DNA from: an uncultured Candidatus Rokubacteria bacterium
GTDB lineage: Bacteria > Methylomirabilota > Methylomirabilia > Rokubacteriales > DASRDR01
Length of the DNA: 64,000 nucleotides
Direction: 5' to 3'
Assembly: GCA_963826115.1 (NCBI GenBank)
Contig: CAWGVS010000005.1
Span: 512,001 to 576,000 of the forward strand
Under the pieces are notes generated by a model. The model searched no databases, had not been told where the DNA came from, and worked only from the letters and a program-made list of their open reading frames with translations. Positions 47,906 through 57,450 of the stretch are shown one piece after another (position 1 is the first letter of the stretch; each line of letters starts with the position of its first letter). The position numbers were made by a program, and so were the translations under genes.

Positions 47906-48694
47906 ATGACCCGCTACGCCGCGAACCTGACCATGCTGTTCAACGAGGTGCCCTTCCTCGAGCGCTTCGAGCGCGCGGCCGCCGCGGGGTTCCGGGCGGT
48001 GGAGTTCCTCTTCATCCACACGGTGGATGCCGGCGCCGTCGAGCGGGAGCTGGAGCGGAACGGTCTCGAGCTCGTGCTCTTCGATCCCGAGGGCGGGGAC
48101 TTCGCGGCCGGCGACCGCGGGTACCTCTGCGATCCCTCGAAGCGGGACCATCTCCACACCACGATCCAGGACGCGGTCGGCACGGCGAAGCGTGTGGGTT
48201 GCCGGCGGCTGAACGTCCTGGCCGGGAACCGGCCCGCGGGCGTCTCCGAGCGCCTCCTCAGGCGCACGGCGGTGGAGAACCTGAAGCGCGGCGCGCCGGT
48301 CGCCGCCGAGGCGGGCATCACGCTCCTGATCGAGATGCTGAACGCGTGGGAGAGCCCCCGCTACTTCCTGGACCGGCTGGAGCTCGGGCTCGACATCGTG
48401 CGGGAGGTCGGCGAGCCGAACGTCCGCTTCCAGTTCGACTGCTACCACGTCCAGCGGATGGAGGGGCAGCTGATCGACGGGCTCGTCCGGAACCTGCCGT
48501 GGATCGGCCACGTCCAGATCGCGGACGTGCCCGGACGCCACGAGCCCGGGACGGGCGAGATCCACTACGAGCGGGTCCTGGGGGCGCTCGACAAGGCCGG
48601 GTACGACGGCTACGTCGGGCTCGAGTACCGGCCCTCGGGGAGGACCGAGGACTCGCTCGCCTGGCTCCCGCGGGAGGCCCGGGCGCGCCGCTAG
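47906..48694 (+). CDS. hyi: Hydroxypyruvate isomerase family protein
   Basis: YAANLTMLF.E.PFLERF, D.YHVQ.MEG, HVQIADVPGRHEPGTGEI, GLEYRP. Confidence 0.92.
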   Translation: MTRYAANLTMLFNEVPFLERFERAAAAGFRAVEFLFIHTVDAGAVERELERNGLELVLFDPEGGDFAAGDRGYLCDPSKRDHLHTTIQDAVGTAKRVGCRRLNVLAGNRPAGVSERLLRRTAVENLKRGAPVAAEAGITLLIEMLNAWESPRYFLDRLELGLDIVREVGEPNVRFQFDCYHVQRMEGQLIDGLVRNLPWIGHVQIADVPGRHEPGTGEIHYERVLGALDKAGYDGYVGLEYRPSGRTEDSLAWLPREARARR

Positions 48695-48717
48695 CGGCGG
48701 ACCCGGCGCGCGCGCCG

Positions 48718-49572
48718 ACGACCGAGCACCCCGGCGGGCCGGAGACCTCGCGACCCGTCCCCGTCACGACCCCGGTCCGGAGCGCGTTCCGTTACTTCTA
48801 CGAGCACGACGGCTTCTTCCTGGCCGCCGGCCTCTCCTTCTACGTCGTCGTCTGCATCGTGCCGTTCATCCTCCTGGTCATCGCCGGGAGCGCCTTCCTC
48901 ATCTCCAACGAGATGGTGCTCAGGGAGGTCGTCGACCGGCTGGGCACCCTGTTTCCCGTCTACCAGAAGGAGATGGAGACGGCACTCCGGGCGGTGATCG
49001 ACGCGCGCGGCGTGTCGAGCCTGGTCGGCACCCTGATCCTCTTCTTCTTCGCCACCCAGCTGTTCGCCGCGACCCGCCTCGTCCTGAACCGCGTGTTCCA
49101 GCACAAGGGCCGGGGGCTGATCCACGGCGTGCTGTTCGACGTCGGGATGATCGTCCTCCTGACGGTGGGGTTCCTGGGGAGCGTCGCCGTCACCGGGGCT
49201 TTCGCCTGGGTGCGCGGGCTGGCTTTCCTCACCGGGCGAGGCTCGCTCGTGTCGGCGGCGTTCCACTGGGCCGGCCTCGCGCTGACGATGCTCCTCGACA
49301 CCGCGCTCTTCGTGGCGCTCTACCGGTTCGTGCCGAACCGGCGCATCCGCTGGGCCAGCGTGCTGATCGGCGCGGGCGCCACGGCCGTGCTCTGGGAGAG
49401 CGCCAAGCAGGCCTTCCGCTGGTACATCCAGAGCGTGGGCATCTACAGCGCGGTGTACGGGTCCCTCGGGGTCACGATCGCGCTCATGATGTGGGTGTAC
49501 TACTCGGCGATGGTGTTCATCATCGGCGCGGCGCTCATCCGCGGGCTGGAGGAGCACCGGAGCCGCGCTTGA
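48718..49572 (+). CDS. YihY/BrkB family membrane protein (no canonical start codon; ACG assumed)
   Basis: AAGLSFY, LYRFVP, YGSLG....MMWVYY...F..GA. Confidence 0.8.
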   Translation, partial: TTEHPGGPETSRPVPVTTPVRSAFRYFYEHDGFFLAAGLSFYVVVCIVPFILLVIAGSAFLISNEMVLREVVDRLGTLFPVYQKEMETALRAVIDARGVSSLVGTLILFFFATQLFAATRLVLNRVFQHKGRGLIHGVLFDVGMIVLLTVGFLGSVAVTGAFAWVRGLAFLTGRGSLVSAAFHWAGLALTMLLDTALFVALYRFVPNRRIRWASVLIGAGATAVLWESAKQAFRWYIQSVGIYSAVYGSLGVTIALMMWVYYSAMVFIIGAALIRGLEEHRSRA

Positions 49573-49671
49573 CCCCCTCCGCGGCGCCTGACTACAATCC
49601 GGCATCGTCCTGCCGCCGCGCCGCATCTTGAGAGCGACGCGGCTCGTTCCGCGAGGGGAGGTGATCCGCCG

Positions 49672-50715
49672 ATGGAGTCCCCGATCAGGCTCACGACGCT
49701 CTCCCACGGGGCCGGCTGAGCCTGCAAGCTCGGGCCAGAGGATCTGGCCCAGGTCCTGCGGATGCTGCCGCAGATCACCGACCCGAACGTGCTCGTCGGG
49801 CCGGAAACCCGCGACGACGCCGCGGTCTACCGACTCGCCGACGGCCTGGGACTGGTGCTGACGGTGGACTTCTTCACGCCCATCGTGGACGACCCGTACG
49901 CCTTCGGCCAGATCGCCGCCGCCAACGCGCTCTCGGACGTCTACGCGATGGGCGGGCGCCCGATCGCCATGCTCTCGATCGTCGGGTTCCCGCGCGACAA
50001 GCTCCCCATGACCGTTCTCGGCGAGGTACTGCGGGGCGGGGCGGACAAGGCGCGCGAGGCGGGCGTGAGCGTGGTGGGCGGCCACTCCGTCGACGACGCC
50101 GAGCCCAAGGCCGGCTACGCCGTGGTCGGCCTGGTCCATCCGGATCGCGTCTGGCGAAACGTCGGCGCCCGGCCCGGCGACGCGATTGTCCTGACCAAGG
50201 CCCTCGGCACGGGGATCATCTCCACCGCGATCAAGCAGGCCAAGGCCCCGGCGCGCGCGGTGGACGCCGCGGTGCGGTCCATGTCGACGCTCAACCGGAG
50301 CGCGGCGGAGGCGGCGGGGACGGTGGCGGTGCACGCGGTGACGGATGTCACCGGCTTCGGCCTCCTCGGGCACCTCGGCGAGATGACGCAGGGCTCGAAG
50401 GTGAGCGCCCGGATCCACGCGGCGCGCCTCCCGCTCCTCCCGGACGTGGTCGCGCTCGCCGAGGCGGGCCTGATCCCGGGCGGCACCCGGCGGAACCTCC
50501 AGGCGGTGGCGGCGATGGTGCGATGGGACCCCGCGATTCCCGAGCCGCTCCGCTTCGTCATCGGCGACGCGCAGACGTCCGGCGGGCTCCTGGTCGCCAC
50601 TCCCGACCCGGACGGGCTCCTGCGGGCCCTGGCCACCGCCGGCGTGGAAGGCGCGGCCCGGATCGGCGAGATCGTCGGGGAGGACCCCGCGGGAACCATC
50701 GAGGTGATGCCATGA
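49672..50715 (+). CDS. selD: Selenide, water dikinase (selenophosphate synthetase) with selenocysteine at codon 16
   Basis: GGAGG RBS; MESPIRLTTLSHGAG-UGA-ACKLG; DDAAVY, DFFTPIVDDP, ANALSDVYAMGG, TDVTGFGLLGH, QTSGGLL. Confidence 0.95.
49720..49761 (+). promoter_or_regulatory. Bacterial SECIS element
   Basis: GGGCCAGA-GGA-TCTGGCCC hairpin (49732-49750) 12 nt after the in-frame UGA (49717-49719), with a G-containing apical loop. Confidence 0.75.
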
Positions 50716-51632
50716 CCGCGCGGATGCTCGACGGGCGGGTCGTCGCGGTGACGGGCGCCGGCCGGGGGATCGGCCGCGAGATCGCGCTCCTGATGGCCGC
50801 GTCGGGCGCGCGCGTCGTCGTCAACGACCTGGGAGGCGCCGCGGACGGGAGCGGCGGCACCGCGTCGCCGGCCGAGGAGGTCGTGCGCGAGATCCGGGGC
50901 GCGGGCGGCGAGGCCGTGGCGAGCACGGACTCGGTCACGACGATGGCGGGCGGCGCCCGGATCGTCGAGACCGCGGTCGACCACTTCGGGCGGATCGACG
51001 TCGTCGTCAACAACGCGGGGATCGTCCGCGACCGAATGATCTTCAACATGACCGAGGAGGAGTGGGACTCGGTCATCGCCGTCCACCTGAAGGGCAGCTT
51101 TTCCCTCACGCGGGCGGCGGCCCCCCGGTTCCGCGAGCAGCGGTGGGGGCGGTTCGTCAACATGACGTCGACGTCGGGCCTGGTCGGCAACGTGGGGCAG
51201 GCGAATTACGCCGCGGCGAAGCTCGGCATCGTCGGCCTCACCCGCGTGACGGCCCTCGACATGGCCCGCTACAACGTGACCGCGAACTGCATCTCGCCCT
51301 TCGCCTGGACCCGGCTCATCGGGACGATCCCGACCGACACGCCGGAGCAGAAGGCGCGGGTGGCGAAGCTGGAGAAGATGTCGCCGCGCGACATCGCCCC
51401 GCTCGCGGTCTACCTGGCGTCGGACGACGCGGGCGAGGTGAGCGGCCAGATCTTCGGCGTGCGGGGGAAGGAGATCTTCCTCTTCTCGCAGCCTCGGCCG
51501 ACCCGCTCGATCCACCGGGACGACGGCTGGACGCCCGAGCGCCTGGCCGAGACGTTCCGTGGCACCCTCGGGCACCACTTGGTCCCGCTGGAGAGCTCGG
51601 CCCAGTACTTCAGTTACGACCCCCTCGTCTGA
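50712..51632 (+). CDS. SDR oxidoreductase (hydroxyacyl-CoA dehydrogenase/MFE-2-like)
   Basis: TGAGRGIG, VVVNDLG, NNAGI.RD, NYAAAK; ATGA overlap with selD. Confidence 0.92.
   Translation: MTARMLDGRVVAVTGAGRGIGREIALLMAASGARVVVNDLGGAADGSGGTASPAEEVVREIRGAGGEAVASTDSVTTMAGGARIVETAVDHFGRIDVVVNNAGIVRDRMIFNMTEEEWDSVIAVHLKGSFSLTRAAAPRFREQRWGRFVNMTSTSGLVGNVGQANYAAAKLGIVGLTRVTALDMARYNVTANCISPFAWTRLIGTIPTDTPEQKARVAKLEKMSPRDIAPLAVYLASDDAGEVSGQIFGVRGKEIFLFSQPRPTRSIHRDDGWTPERLAETFRGTLGHHLVPLESSAQYFSYDPLV
51535..51618 (+). repeat. Degenerate direct repeat, copy 1 (3' end of the SDR gene)
   Basis: Ungapped match to 55393-55476, 65/84 identical by hand count. Confidence 0.85.
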
Positions 51633-51882
51633 CGCGGGGGCCCCGGCGCCGCGCTCCCGCTCCATGCCCATCCGAGCCACGCGTCCGCCGCGATTCCGTC
51701 GGTCCGACGGAGGCGCGTCCCGGCCGCCCGCACCGAGATCCCGCCACCCTTGTCGGCCCCGACGGGGCCGGGCTATGGTTCCAGCGCCGGCCCATGGGTG
51801 GGCCGGGTAACGGGGAAGGCCAGCGGGCCCGGAAGCCTGGCCGGAGCGCGCCCTGGCGAACGCTCGAGGAGGCGCTCGTCCG

Positions 51883-54800
51883 ATGCAGTGCGGTCGATGC
51901 GGCCATGAGAGCCCTCCGGCAGCGCGCTTCTGCGGAGCGTGCGGCGCCAGCTTCGATGTGCCGTGCGCCGCCTGCCAGGCGCCGAACCCCTCGGCCAACC
52001 GGTTCTGCCAGCAATGTGGCGCCGCGCTCGCCGCCGTCGCGGACCGGCGATTCGATCGGCCCGAGTCCTACACGCCGAAGCACCTCGCCGACAAGATCCT
52101 CCAGTCCCGGACGGCCATCGAAGGCGAGCGCAAGCAGGTCAGCGTCCTGTTCGTCGACGTGTCGGGCTTCACCTCGCTCGCGGAGCGGCTCGATCCCGAA
52201 GACGTGCACGCCATCATGACGCGCGCATTCGAGCTGATGCTGGAGCAGGTGCACGCGTACGAGGGCACGGTCAACCAGTTCCTCGGCGACGGCATCATGG
52301 CGCTGTTCGGCGCGCCCGTCGCACACGAGGACCATGCGCGACGTGCGGCGCTTGCGGCAGTCGGCATCCGCGGTACGCTCGGCCAGTTCGGAGACGGGCT
52401 GTGGCGGACGCGCAAAATCCGCTTCCACGTCCGGCAGGGCGTGAACACCGGGCTCGTCGTCGTCGGCAGCATCGGCAGCGATCTGCGGATGGACTATACG
52501 GCGGTCGGCGACACGACGAACGTCGCGGCGAGACTGCTCCAGGCGGCCGCGCCCGACCAGGTGCTGGTTTCCGCCGCCACGCAGCGACTGGTCGCCGGCT
52601 ACTTCGTCACGAGCCCCGTCGGCGACCTCCCCCTGAAGGGCAAGAGCGATCCGATCGGCGCCTTCACGATCGACCACGCGCTCGATGAGCGGCATCGCCT
52701 GCAGATCGCCGCCGAGCACGGGTTGACGCCGCACGTCGGACGCTCGCGGGAGCTGTCCGTTCTGTCCGAGCGGTTCGATGACGTGTGCCACGGTCGAGGC
52801 GCTGTCGTCCTGATCTCCGGCGAGAGCGGCATCGGCAAGTCGCGCCTGCTGCACGAGTTCCGCCAGAGGATCGGCGACACTGCCGACTGGCGTGAAGCGC
52901 ACTGCCTTTCGTTCGGCCACGCGATGGCCCTGCACCCGCTCGTGGCGCTGCTCCGCCGGTGGTTCGAGGTCGACGAGGGCGACACCGACGCCGTGGTGGC
53001 GGAGAAGATAGACCTGGCGATCTCCCGTCTCGGCGACTCGGTCGCGCGCGCTCGTCCCTACCTCCGCGCCCTCCTGGCCCTTCCGGCGGACGAGGCGGCC
53101 GTGGACGCGATGACGCCTCAGCAGCGCCGCGCGGAGACATTCGAAGCTCTCGGACACCTTTTCGCGCGCGCCGGCGCGCGCCGGCCCCAGGTCGTGGTCC
53201 TGGAGGATCTCCAGTGGGCCGACCAGGCCACCGACTCGTTTCTCGCGTCGTTCGCGGACAGCGTCCCGGCGTGCCGACTGCTGCTCGTGCTGGTCCATCG
53301 GCCGGGCTATGCCGTGCCGCTCGGCGAGCGTAGCGATCACTCACGTCTCGTTCTCGGGCCGCTGTCGCGTGACCAGATGATCGAGCTGGTTCGGGCCGTT
53401 CGGGCGGATGCGGGCCTGCCGTCGACCGTCGAGGGACTGATCGCCGACAAGGCCGACGGCAATCCCTTCTACGCCGAAGAGCTCGCGAAGATGTTCCGCG
53501 ATACCGGCGTCGCCGAGAGCGTGCCGCAGACGATTCAGGACATCATCGCGGCGCGCATCGACCGCCTCGACGATCGCAGCAAGCGCACGCTGCAAGTGGC
53601 GGCGGTCGTGGGCCGGGAGTTCCGGCGACGGGTCGTCGAGTCGCTCGTGGACCGAAGCGACGACCTCGACGGGGCACTGCGGGCGCTTGTGGCCGCGGAG
53701 CTGCTCGTCGGGACCACCCTGGTCCCCGAGCGGACGTACGCGTTCAGGCACGCGCTGACGCACGAGGTGGCGTACGCCTCGCTGCTGGTACAGCGGCGCC
53801 GTGATCTGCACGGCCGGGCGGCCGCCGTCATCGAGGCGCTGTTTCCCGACCGTCTCGCGGAGCACGCCGAGGTGCTCGCCCACCACTGGTCGCGCGCCGA
53901 GGCGTGGGATCGGGCGTTCGGCTACCTCGTCGCCAGCGCCGAGCGCGCCGCGCGGGCCTTCGCGCTTCGCGACGCCCTGGCGCTCTACGGGGAGGCGCTG
54001 GCTGCGGCGGACCGCTGCCCGGATGCGATCGGGCCTCCACAGCGGCTGCCCGTGCATCGGGCCCGCGCGGATCTGCTGTTCGCGCTGGGGGACTACGAGC
54101 AATCTCGCCGGGAGGCCGAGGAGGCGATGGCGCTGGCGGGCGCGCTCGGCGACCGCGCCAGCGAGGCGAACGCGGTCGTGCAGAGCGCCCTCGCCCTGCA
54201 GTGGGCGCAGGACTTTCCGGCGGCCCTCGAGTACGCGGATCGGGCGGTGGCGCTTGGTCAAGCGGGGGGCGTCTCGACGGCGGTGGCGGGCGGGCTGTGG
54301 GTGACCGGCTTCATCCACGGCGTCACGGGGCGGATCGCAGACGCGCGCGTCCACCTCGAGCGCGCGCTGCCAATCGCCCACGCGGCGGGTGACGTCGGCC
54401 TGGCCGGCGTGATGGGGTGGTTCGTGGCCGCGATGGACATCTGGCAGGGACGGTATGCGGACGCCCTGACGCGCGCGGCCGAGGGCGCGCGGGTCGCCCG
54501 CGCGCATCATCTGGTCCTGCCACTGGTCAGATGTCTGTGGGCGGAGGCGGCCGCCCATGCCGGGCTGGGTGACTACCAGCGCGCCGTCGACCTGTCGCGC
54601 GAGATGCTCGCCCTGTCCGAGCGGATCGGAGACGAGGCGTTCTTCACCCGATTTCTCAACACGCTCGGCTGGCTGCACATCGATTGCGGCGACGTCGAGA
54701 CCGGGACGCGACTGAACGAGGAGTGTCGGGCGCTCGCGCGCCGCTCGCCGCACGCGACCGGTGTCGAGCGCGTTGCCTTCACGCTCGTCAATGACGCCGA

Positions 54801-55344
54801 CGGCTTCCTTGCCCGTGGCGACCTCCCGCTTGCCGCCGAAGCGCTGGACGAGGCGCTCGGAATCGTGAGGGCGCCCCCCCCGTCGCGCTGGATGACCTGG
54901 CGCTACGCGGTGCACTGCTACGTGAGCCTCGGCGAGCTGGCGCTCGCGCGCGGCGACGTGCCCGCCGCGGAGCGCTGGGCCCGCGAAGCGCTCGCGATCG
55001 CCGAGCCGACGCACTCACACAAGTACGCATCACGCGCGCATCGCCTCCTCGGTGAGGCGGCCACGCTCGCCCGGCGCTGGGAGGAGGCGACAGCGTCCCT
55101 CGCCGCGGCGCTCGGGGCGGCGACGCGCATCGCCGAGCCACGCCAGACCTGGAAGAGCCACGTCGCGCTGGCGCGCTTGCTGGGCGCCATGAAGGAGCCG
55201 GAGCGAGCCCGCGCCAGCTACACCGCGGCGCACGCCGTGCTGATGAGGGTGGCCGGGACGCTCGTGGACGGCGAGCTGCGCGCGGGGCTGGCTCGGCTGC
55301 CGGAAGTGCGCGAGGTGCTGGCGGAGTTGCGGCAGGAGCTCTGA
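51883..55344 (+). CDS. Class III nucleotide cyclase with double zinc ribbon, STAND/AAA ATPase and TPR domains
   Basis: Four CxxC pairs; LFVDVSGFT, QFLGDG, GDTTNVAARL; GESGIGKS, LEDLQWAD, GNPFY; helical repeat C-terminus. Confidence 0.92.
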   Translation: MQCGRCGHESPPAARFCGACGASFDVPCAACQAPNPSANRFCQQCGAALAAVADRRFDRPESYTPKHLADKILQSRTAIEGERKQVSVLFVDVSGFTSLAERLDPEDVHAIMTRAFELMLEQVHAYEGTVNQFLGDGIMALFGAPVAHEDHARRAALAAVGIRGTLGQFGDGLWRTRKIRFHVRQGVNTGLVVVGSIGSDLRMDYTAVGDTTNVAARLLQAAAPDQVLVSAATQRLVAGYFVTSPVGDLPLKGKSDPIGAFTIDHALDERHRLQIAAEHGLTPHVGRSRELSVLSERFDDVCHGRGAVVLISGESGIGKSRLLHEFRQRIGDTADWREAHCLSFGHAMALHPLVALLRRWFEVDEGDTDAVVAEKIDLAISRLGDSVARARPYLRALLALPADEAAVDAMTPQQRRAETFEALGHLFARAGARRPQVVVLEDLQWADQATDSFLASFADSVPACRLLLVLVHRPGYAVPLGERSDHSRLVLGPLSRDQMIELVRAVRADAGLPSTVEGLIADKADGNPFYAEELAKMFRDTGVAESVPQTIQDIIAARIDRLDDRSKRTLQVAAVVGREFRRRVVESLVDRSDDLDGALRALVAAELLVGTTLVPERTYAFRHALTHEVAYASLLVQRRRDLHGRAAAVIEALFPDRLAEHAEVLAHHWSRAEAWDRAFGYLVASAERAARAFALRDALALYGEALAAADRCPDAIGPPQRLPVHRARADLLFALGDYEQSRREAEEAMALAGALGDRASEANAVVQSALALQWAQDFPAALEYADRAVALGQAGGVSTAVAGGLWVTGFIHGVTGRIADARVHLERALPIAHAAGDVGLAGVMGWFVAAMDIWQGRYADALTRAAEGARVARAHHLVLPLVRCLWAEAAAHAGLGDYQRAVDLSREMLALSERIGDEAFFTRFLNTLGWLHIDCGDVETGTRLNEECRALARRSPHATGVERVAFTLVNDADGFLARGDLPLAAEALDEALGIVRAPPPSRWMTWRYAVHCYVSLGELALARGDVPAAERWAREALAIAEPTHSHKYASRAHRLLGEAATLARRWEEATASLAAALGAATRIAEPRQTWKSHVALARLLGAMKEPERARASYTAAHAVLMRVAGTLVDGELRAGLARLPEVREVLAELRQEL

Positions 55345-55392
55345 CGGGCCCGGCTTCTCAGCCGGGCGGTCCTCTCCGGGTGCGAGTCCAGG

Positions 55393-55476
55393 CCGAGCGC
55401 CTGGCCGAGATCCTCCCCGGCACCCTTGGCAACCACCTGGGGCCGCTCGAGAGCTCCCCCCAGCACGTCAAGTCCG
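55393..55476 (+). repeat. Degenerate direct repeat, copy 2 (orphan SDR 3' fragment)
   Basis: Translates as ERLAEILPGTLGNHLGPLESSPQ versus ERLAETFRGTLGHHLVPLESSAQ in the SDR gene. Confidence 0.85.
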
Positions 55477-57450
55477 TTTCCCGCGCTTGACGCTGGGGAC
55501 GGGGGCCGCGCGGCCCCGAACGGCCCAGGCGAGCCAGGCGAGGCCCGCGGCGGCCGAGAGCGCGAGCGCCGTCCACTCGAGCCAGCCCTCGGTGTAGACG
55601 AGCTCCGCCTCGAAGAGGTCCACCGGCACCCGGAACTCGAGGAGGCCCCAGTCGTCCACCCGCGTCTCGAGGCTGCCCGTCGCGCTCTTGACCCGCCATA
55701 GCGGATAGGCCGCGATGCCGGTCGGGATCCAGACCCCGCCCGTCGGCGAGACCAGGACCCGGTAACGCCGCGACGTGATCCGCTCGACGCGCGGCCACGG
55801 CCGGTCGCGGCGCTCGAACAGCGCGAATCCCCCCGCCTCGCCCGCCGGCGCGTACTCCGGACCCAGGAAGCGCGCGCGGGACGCCTGGTCCGCGGGCACG
55901 GCGACCGTGCCGACACGAAGCCGCCGCGCGAACCGGTCGAACGCCGGGATCGAGAGGCGCTCCCACGGCTCGCCGAGGAGGCGCTGGCCGTCGAGGCGCT
56001 CGACGAGGGTCGTGACCCGGGCGGGCGGCGTGGCCTGGCCCGTGTAGAACCGCGCGGCCATCGGCGACGGATGGGTGAACGTCCCGTTCACGATCTCGCG
56101 GCCGGCCCGGAGCGGCGTGAGGCTGGTCACGTGAGTGTGCGGCGCGTACCACGCAGGGTTCCGGTCGAGGCGGAGAGACGACGTGAGGAAGAGGACGCGG
56201 TCCGTTCCGCCGCGGAGCGCGCTCCAGAGGCGGTCGAGGCGATGCTGGGCGGTGACCTCCTCCAGGGTCGGCCACGCTCCCGCCGCGGGCCATACGGCGA
56301 CCGTCGCGGGAGGCAGGCCGCGGTCGGGCACGACCGCCGCCAGCGCGATCGCGAGGATGGCCACGAGCGGCCGGCTCCGCGGATCGGCGCGGGCCGGGAG
56401 GATGCGGTCGACGATCACGCCCGCCCCCAGTCCCGCCGCCCACACCGCGGCCTGCACGACGCCGTCGAGCAGGCGCTGGGGCTCGATCGCGCCCGTCCCG
56501 CGGGGGAAGAGCCAGATGTCGCCGACCAGAAGGGTAACGAGCACGACCGGCAGCGCGGCGAGCACGGCGTCGAACGGGCGCCGGCGGATCCCGACCGCGA
56601 TCCACGCGAGGAGCGCCGTCGCGCCCAGGCCGAGGAGGACGGGTCGCGTCCAGACGTCTCCGGGCAGGCCGAGGGCGAGGTCGCCCCACGCGAGCGGGAC
56701 GAGCCAGGCGCGGCGGCCCGCGAGCGGCAGGGTCCAGAAGGCCGTGAGGGCGAGCGAGAGGCCCACGGTCGCCGCGGCCTGGACGACCGTCCGGCGCTCG
56801 GGCCTCGCGAGCAGCGAGAGCGTCGCCGCGAGCCCGACGAGGGCGAGCACCGACGGGAACGTCGTCGGGTGCGAGAGGATCGCCAGCGCGGCGAGCGGCG
56901 GCGCCCATCGGGGGAGGCGGGCGCCCTCGACCCACGGCCGGAGCGAGAGGGCGAGGAGCGGGAGCCAGGCCAGGCCGAGGCGCGTCGTGAGCGAGCCCCA
57001 CCGGACGCCGGCCTCGACGCCGCCCCGGAGGTCCGCCGAGAGCGTCAGCGCGAGGAACGCTCCGGGAAGCGCGAGCCAGCGGTCGCCCAGCACGCGCGCG
57101 AGGAGCGCGTAGGTCGTGATCCCCGGGGCGAGGTAGACGATCGCGCACAGGAGCCGGTACGTCGTCTCGACCGACGGGCGCCAGAGCAGGATCGCGCGCA
57201 CGAGCGCGCCCAGGAGCGCGAAGCCCGGCGGGTAGAACTGGAGCTCCGGGTATCCGCCCCACCAGTCGGGGTTCCAGTCCGCGGTCCACGCGCTCGACGG
57301 GAGCGAGCGGTCCAGCGCGTGCCAGAGGCGAAAGAGCTGGCCGGGGTGGTCGTCGAAGACCGGGACGCCCCGCCCGAACGCGGCGTAGGCGAAGGCGCCG
57401 CCGTAGGCGAGGAGGAGAAGCAGCGGCGCCTCGCGCCGCAGAGTCCTCAT
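55468..57450 (-). CDS. Polytopic membrane protein, GT-C / '6-pyruvoyl-tetrahydropterin synthase-related' type
   Basis: DDHPG after first TM, WNPDWWGGYP..QFYPPG, many TM helices, YfhO-like C-terminus (YP.W). Confidence 0.65.
   Translation of the reverse strand: MRTLRREAPLLLLLAYGGAFAYAAFGRGVPVFDDHPGQLFRLWHALDRSLPSSAWTADWNPDWWGGYPELQFYPPGFALLGALVRAILLWRPSVETTYRLLCAIVYLAPGITTYALLARVLGDRWLALPGAFLALTLSADLRGGVEAGVRWGSLTTRLGLAWLPLLALSLRPWVEGARLPRWAPPLAALAILSHPTTFPSVLALVGLAATLSLLARPERRTVVQAAATVGLSLALTAFWTLPLAGRRAWLVPLAWGDLALGLPGDVWTRPVLLGLGATALLAWIAVGIRRRPFDAVLAALPVVLVTLLVGDIWLFPRGTGAIEPQRLLDGVVQAAVWAAGLGAGVIVDRILPARADPRSRPLVAILAIALAAVVPDRGLPPATVAVWPAAGAWPTLEEVTAQHRLDRLWSALRGGTDRVLFLTSSLRLDRNPAWYAPHTHVTSLTPLRAGREIVNGTFTHPSPMAARFYTGQATPPARVTTLVERLDGQRLLGEPWERLSIPAFDRFARRLRVGTVAVPADQASRARFLGPEYAPAGEAGGFALFERRDRPWPRVERITSRRYRVLVSPTGGVWIPTGIAAYPLWRVKSATGSLETRVDDWGLLEFRVPVDLFEAELVYTEGWLEWTALALSAAAGLAWLAWAVRGRAAPVPSVKRGKRT

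Noticed and set aside
47868-47909. 13-aa uORF overlapping the hyi start
   Set aside because: Too short and without supporting signals; plausible by chance
51786-51882. SRP RNA, cobalamin or c-di-AMP riboswitch
   Set aside because: Only partial resemblance (GGGAA, CCGGAAG); the diagnostic motifs of each family are missing, so it is kept only as an unknown leader
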